Positions 62,845 to 64,000 of a stretch of DNA of 64,000 nucleotides are shown here, one piece after another. This DNA comes from Macrostomum lignano (Eukaryota), in the NCBI GenBank assembly GCA_002269645.1, contig NIVC01000326.1, forward strand, positions 372,001 to 436,000, in the 5' to 3' direction. A program made the position numbers and the translations under genes. How positions within the stretch are numbered: position 1 is the stretch's first letter; every line of letters starts with the position of its first letter. The notes beneath the pieces are model-generated. The model did no database searches. It worked only from the letters and a program-made list of their open reading frames with translations, and had not been told where the DNA came from.

Positions 62845-63695
62845 AAGGACCCTGAAAGTTTGGAAGTGGCGGCCCAAAAAGGACGTTGGAAGGAGGTAGC
62901 GGCGGCCGATTAAAGGACCCTGGAAGGAGGTGGCAGCAGCCCAATAAAGGACCCTGGAAGTAGGGAAGCTGCGGCACATTGAAGGACCCTGGAAGGAGGT
63001 AGCGGCGGCTCAATGAAGGACCCTGGAAGTTTGGAAGCGGCAGCCCAATAAAGAATTTTGGAAGGAGGTAGTGGCGGCCCAATAAAGGACCCTGGAAGGA
63101 GGTAGCGGCGGCTCAATGAAGGACCCTGGAAGTTTGGAAGCGGCAGCCCAATAAAGAATTTTGGAAGGAGGTAGTGGCGGCCGATTAAAGGATCCTGGAA
63201 GGAGTTGGCAGCAGCCCAATAAAGGACACTGGAAGTTGGGAAGCAGGGGCCCAATAAGGGACCTTGAAAGAGGGTAACGGTGGCCTATTTAAGGACCCTG
63301 GAAGTTGAGAAGCGGCGGTATATTGCAGTACCCTGGAAGTTGGGTAGCGACGGCCCAATAAAAGACCCTGGATGGAGATAGCGGCGGGCCATTTAAGGAC
63401 CTTGGAAGTTGGGAAGCGCGGCCCATTGAAGGACTCTGGAAGGAGATAGTGGCGGCCCCAATAAAGGACCCTGGATGGAGATAGCGGCGGGCCATTTAAG
63501 GACCTTGGAAGTTGGGAAGCGCGGCCCAATAAAGGACCCTGGAAGGAGGTAGCGGCGGCCCAATAAAGGACCCTGGAAGGAGGTAGCGGCGGCCCAATAA
63601 AGGACCCTGGAAGAGGTAGCGGCGGCCCAATAAAGGACCCCGGAAAAAGGTAGCGGCGGCCCAACAAAGGACCCGGAAGTGGGGAAGCGGCGGCC
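62845..63695. repeat. ~34-bp minisatellite (AATAAAGGACCCTGGAAGGAGGTAGCGGCGGCCC)
   Basis: Read directly. Confidence 0.92.
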
Positions 63696-64000
63696 CATTG
63701 AACAAAGCGAAAGGCTGTGTACTGCATGTATGCATTTTAAGCCTCAACACTGGCCAAGGTTCCATGCTGCATGTTCTGCCACTTGCACACTTACTTACGC
63801 ACAAGCAAATAATCGCTGCGTTTTGGCGGCAACATTTGTTAAAATCAAAGAGCGACTCAAAAAACAGCAGTTTTAGGGAAGGCAATTTTTTCTTGGCTGA
63901 AAACTGGATCTTCTCAGAATCCGCTGACAGGCCCGAGGGGCAGAAAATGCGCAGATCCCAAAGCCGGGACAACCGAAGCAGACAGTGTCAGCTTTCAGCT

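Overview
Eukaryotic (animal) genomic DNA with spliceosomal introns and no prokaryotic features. GC-rich exons with poly-Q tracts, introns filled with minisatellites and TTAGGG repeats suggest an invertebrate such as the flatworm Macrostomum (inference only). Five protein-coding genes were reconstructed by hand: (1) a 3-exon LMO4-like LIM-only gene (minus, 18814-29089); (2) a complete 12-exon, 810-aa Nanchung/OCR-type TRPV channel (minus, 37615-48906) with an RFX X-box and a forkhead site upstream; (3) an intronless DHCR24 (delta-24 sterol reductase, minus, 39273-40808) nested on the SAME strand inside intron 10 of the TRPV gene; (4,5) two convergent TCF21/musculin(MyoR)-like bHLH paralogues (52705-53187 plus, 61704-62447 minus). 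A head-to-tail pair of non-autonomous Helitron-like elements (A|TC...CTAG|TC...CTAG|T, 31371-37523) carries tRNA-like fragments, telomeric repeats and different minisatellites. Much of the rest is tandem repeat, including a 5.6-kb 24-bp satellite with an exact 1632-bp higher-order duplication. Most long ORFs in the supplied track are repeat artefacts. The most striking arrangement is the same-strand nested sterol reductase inside the sensory TRPV gene.
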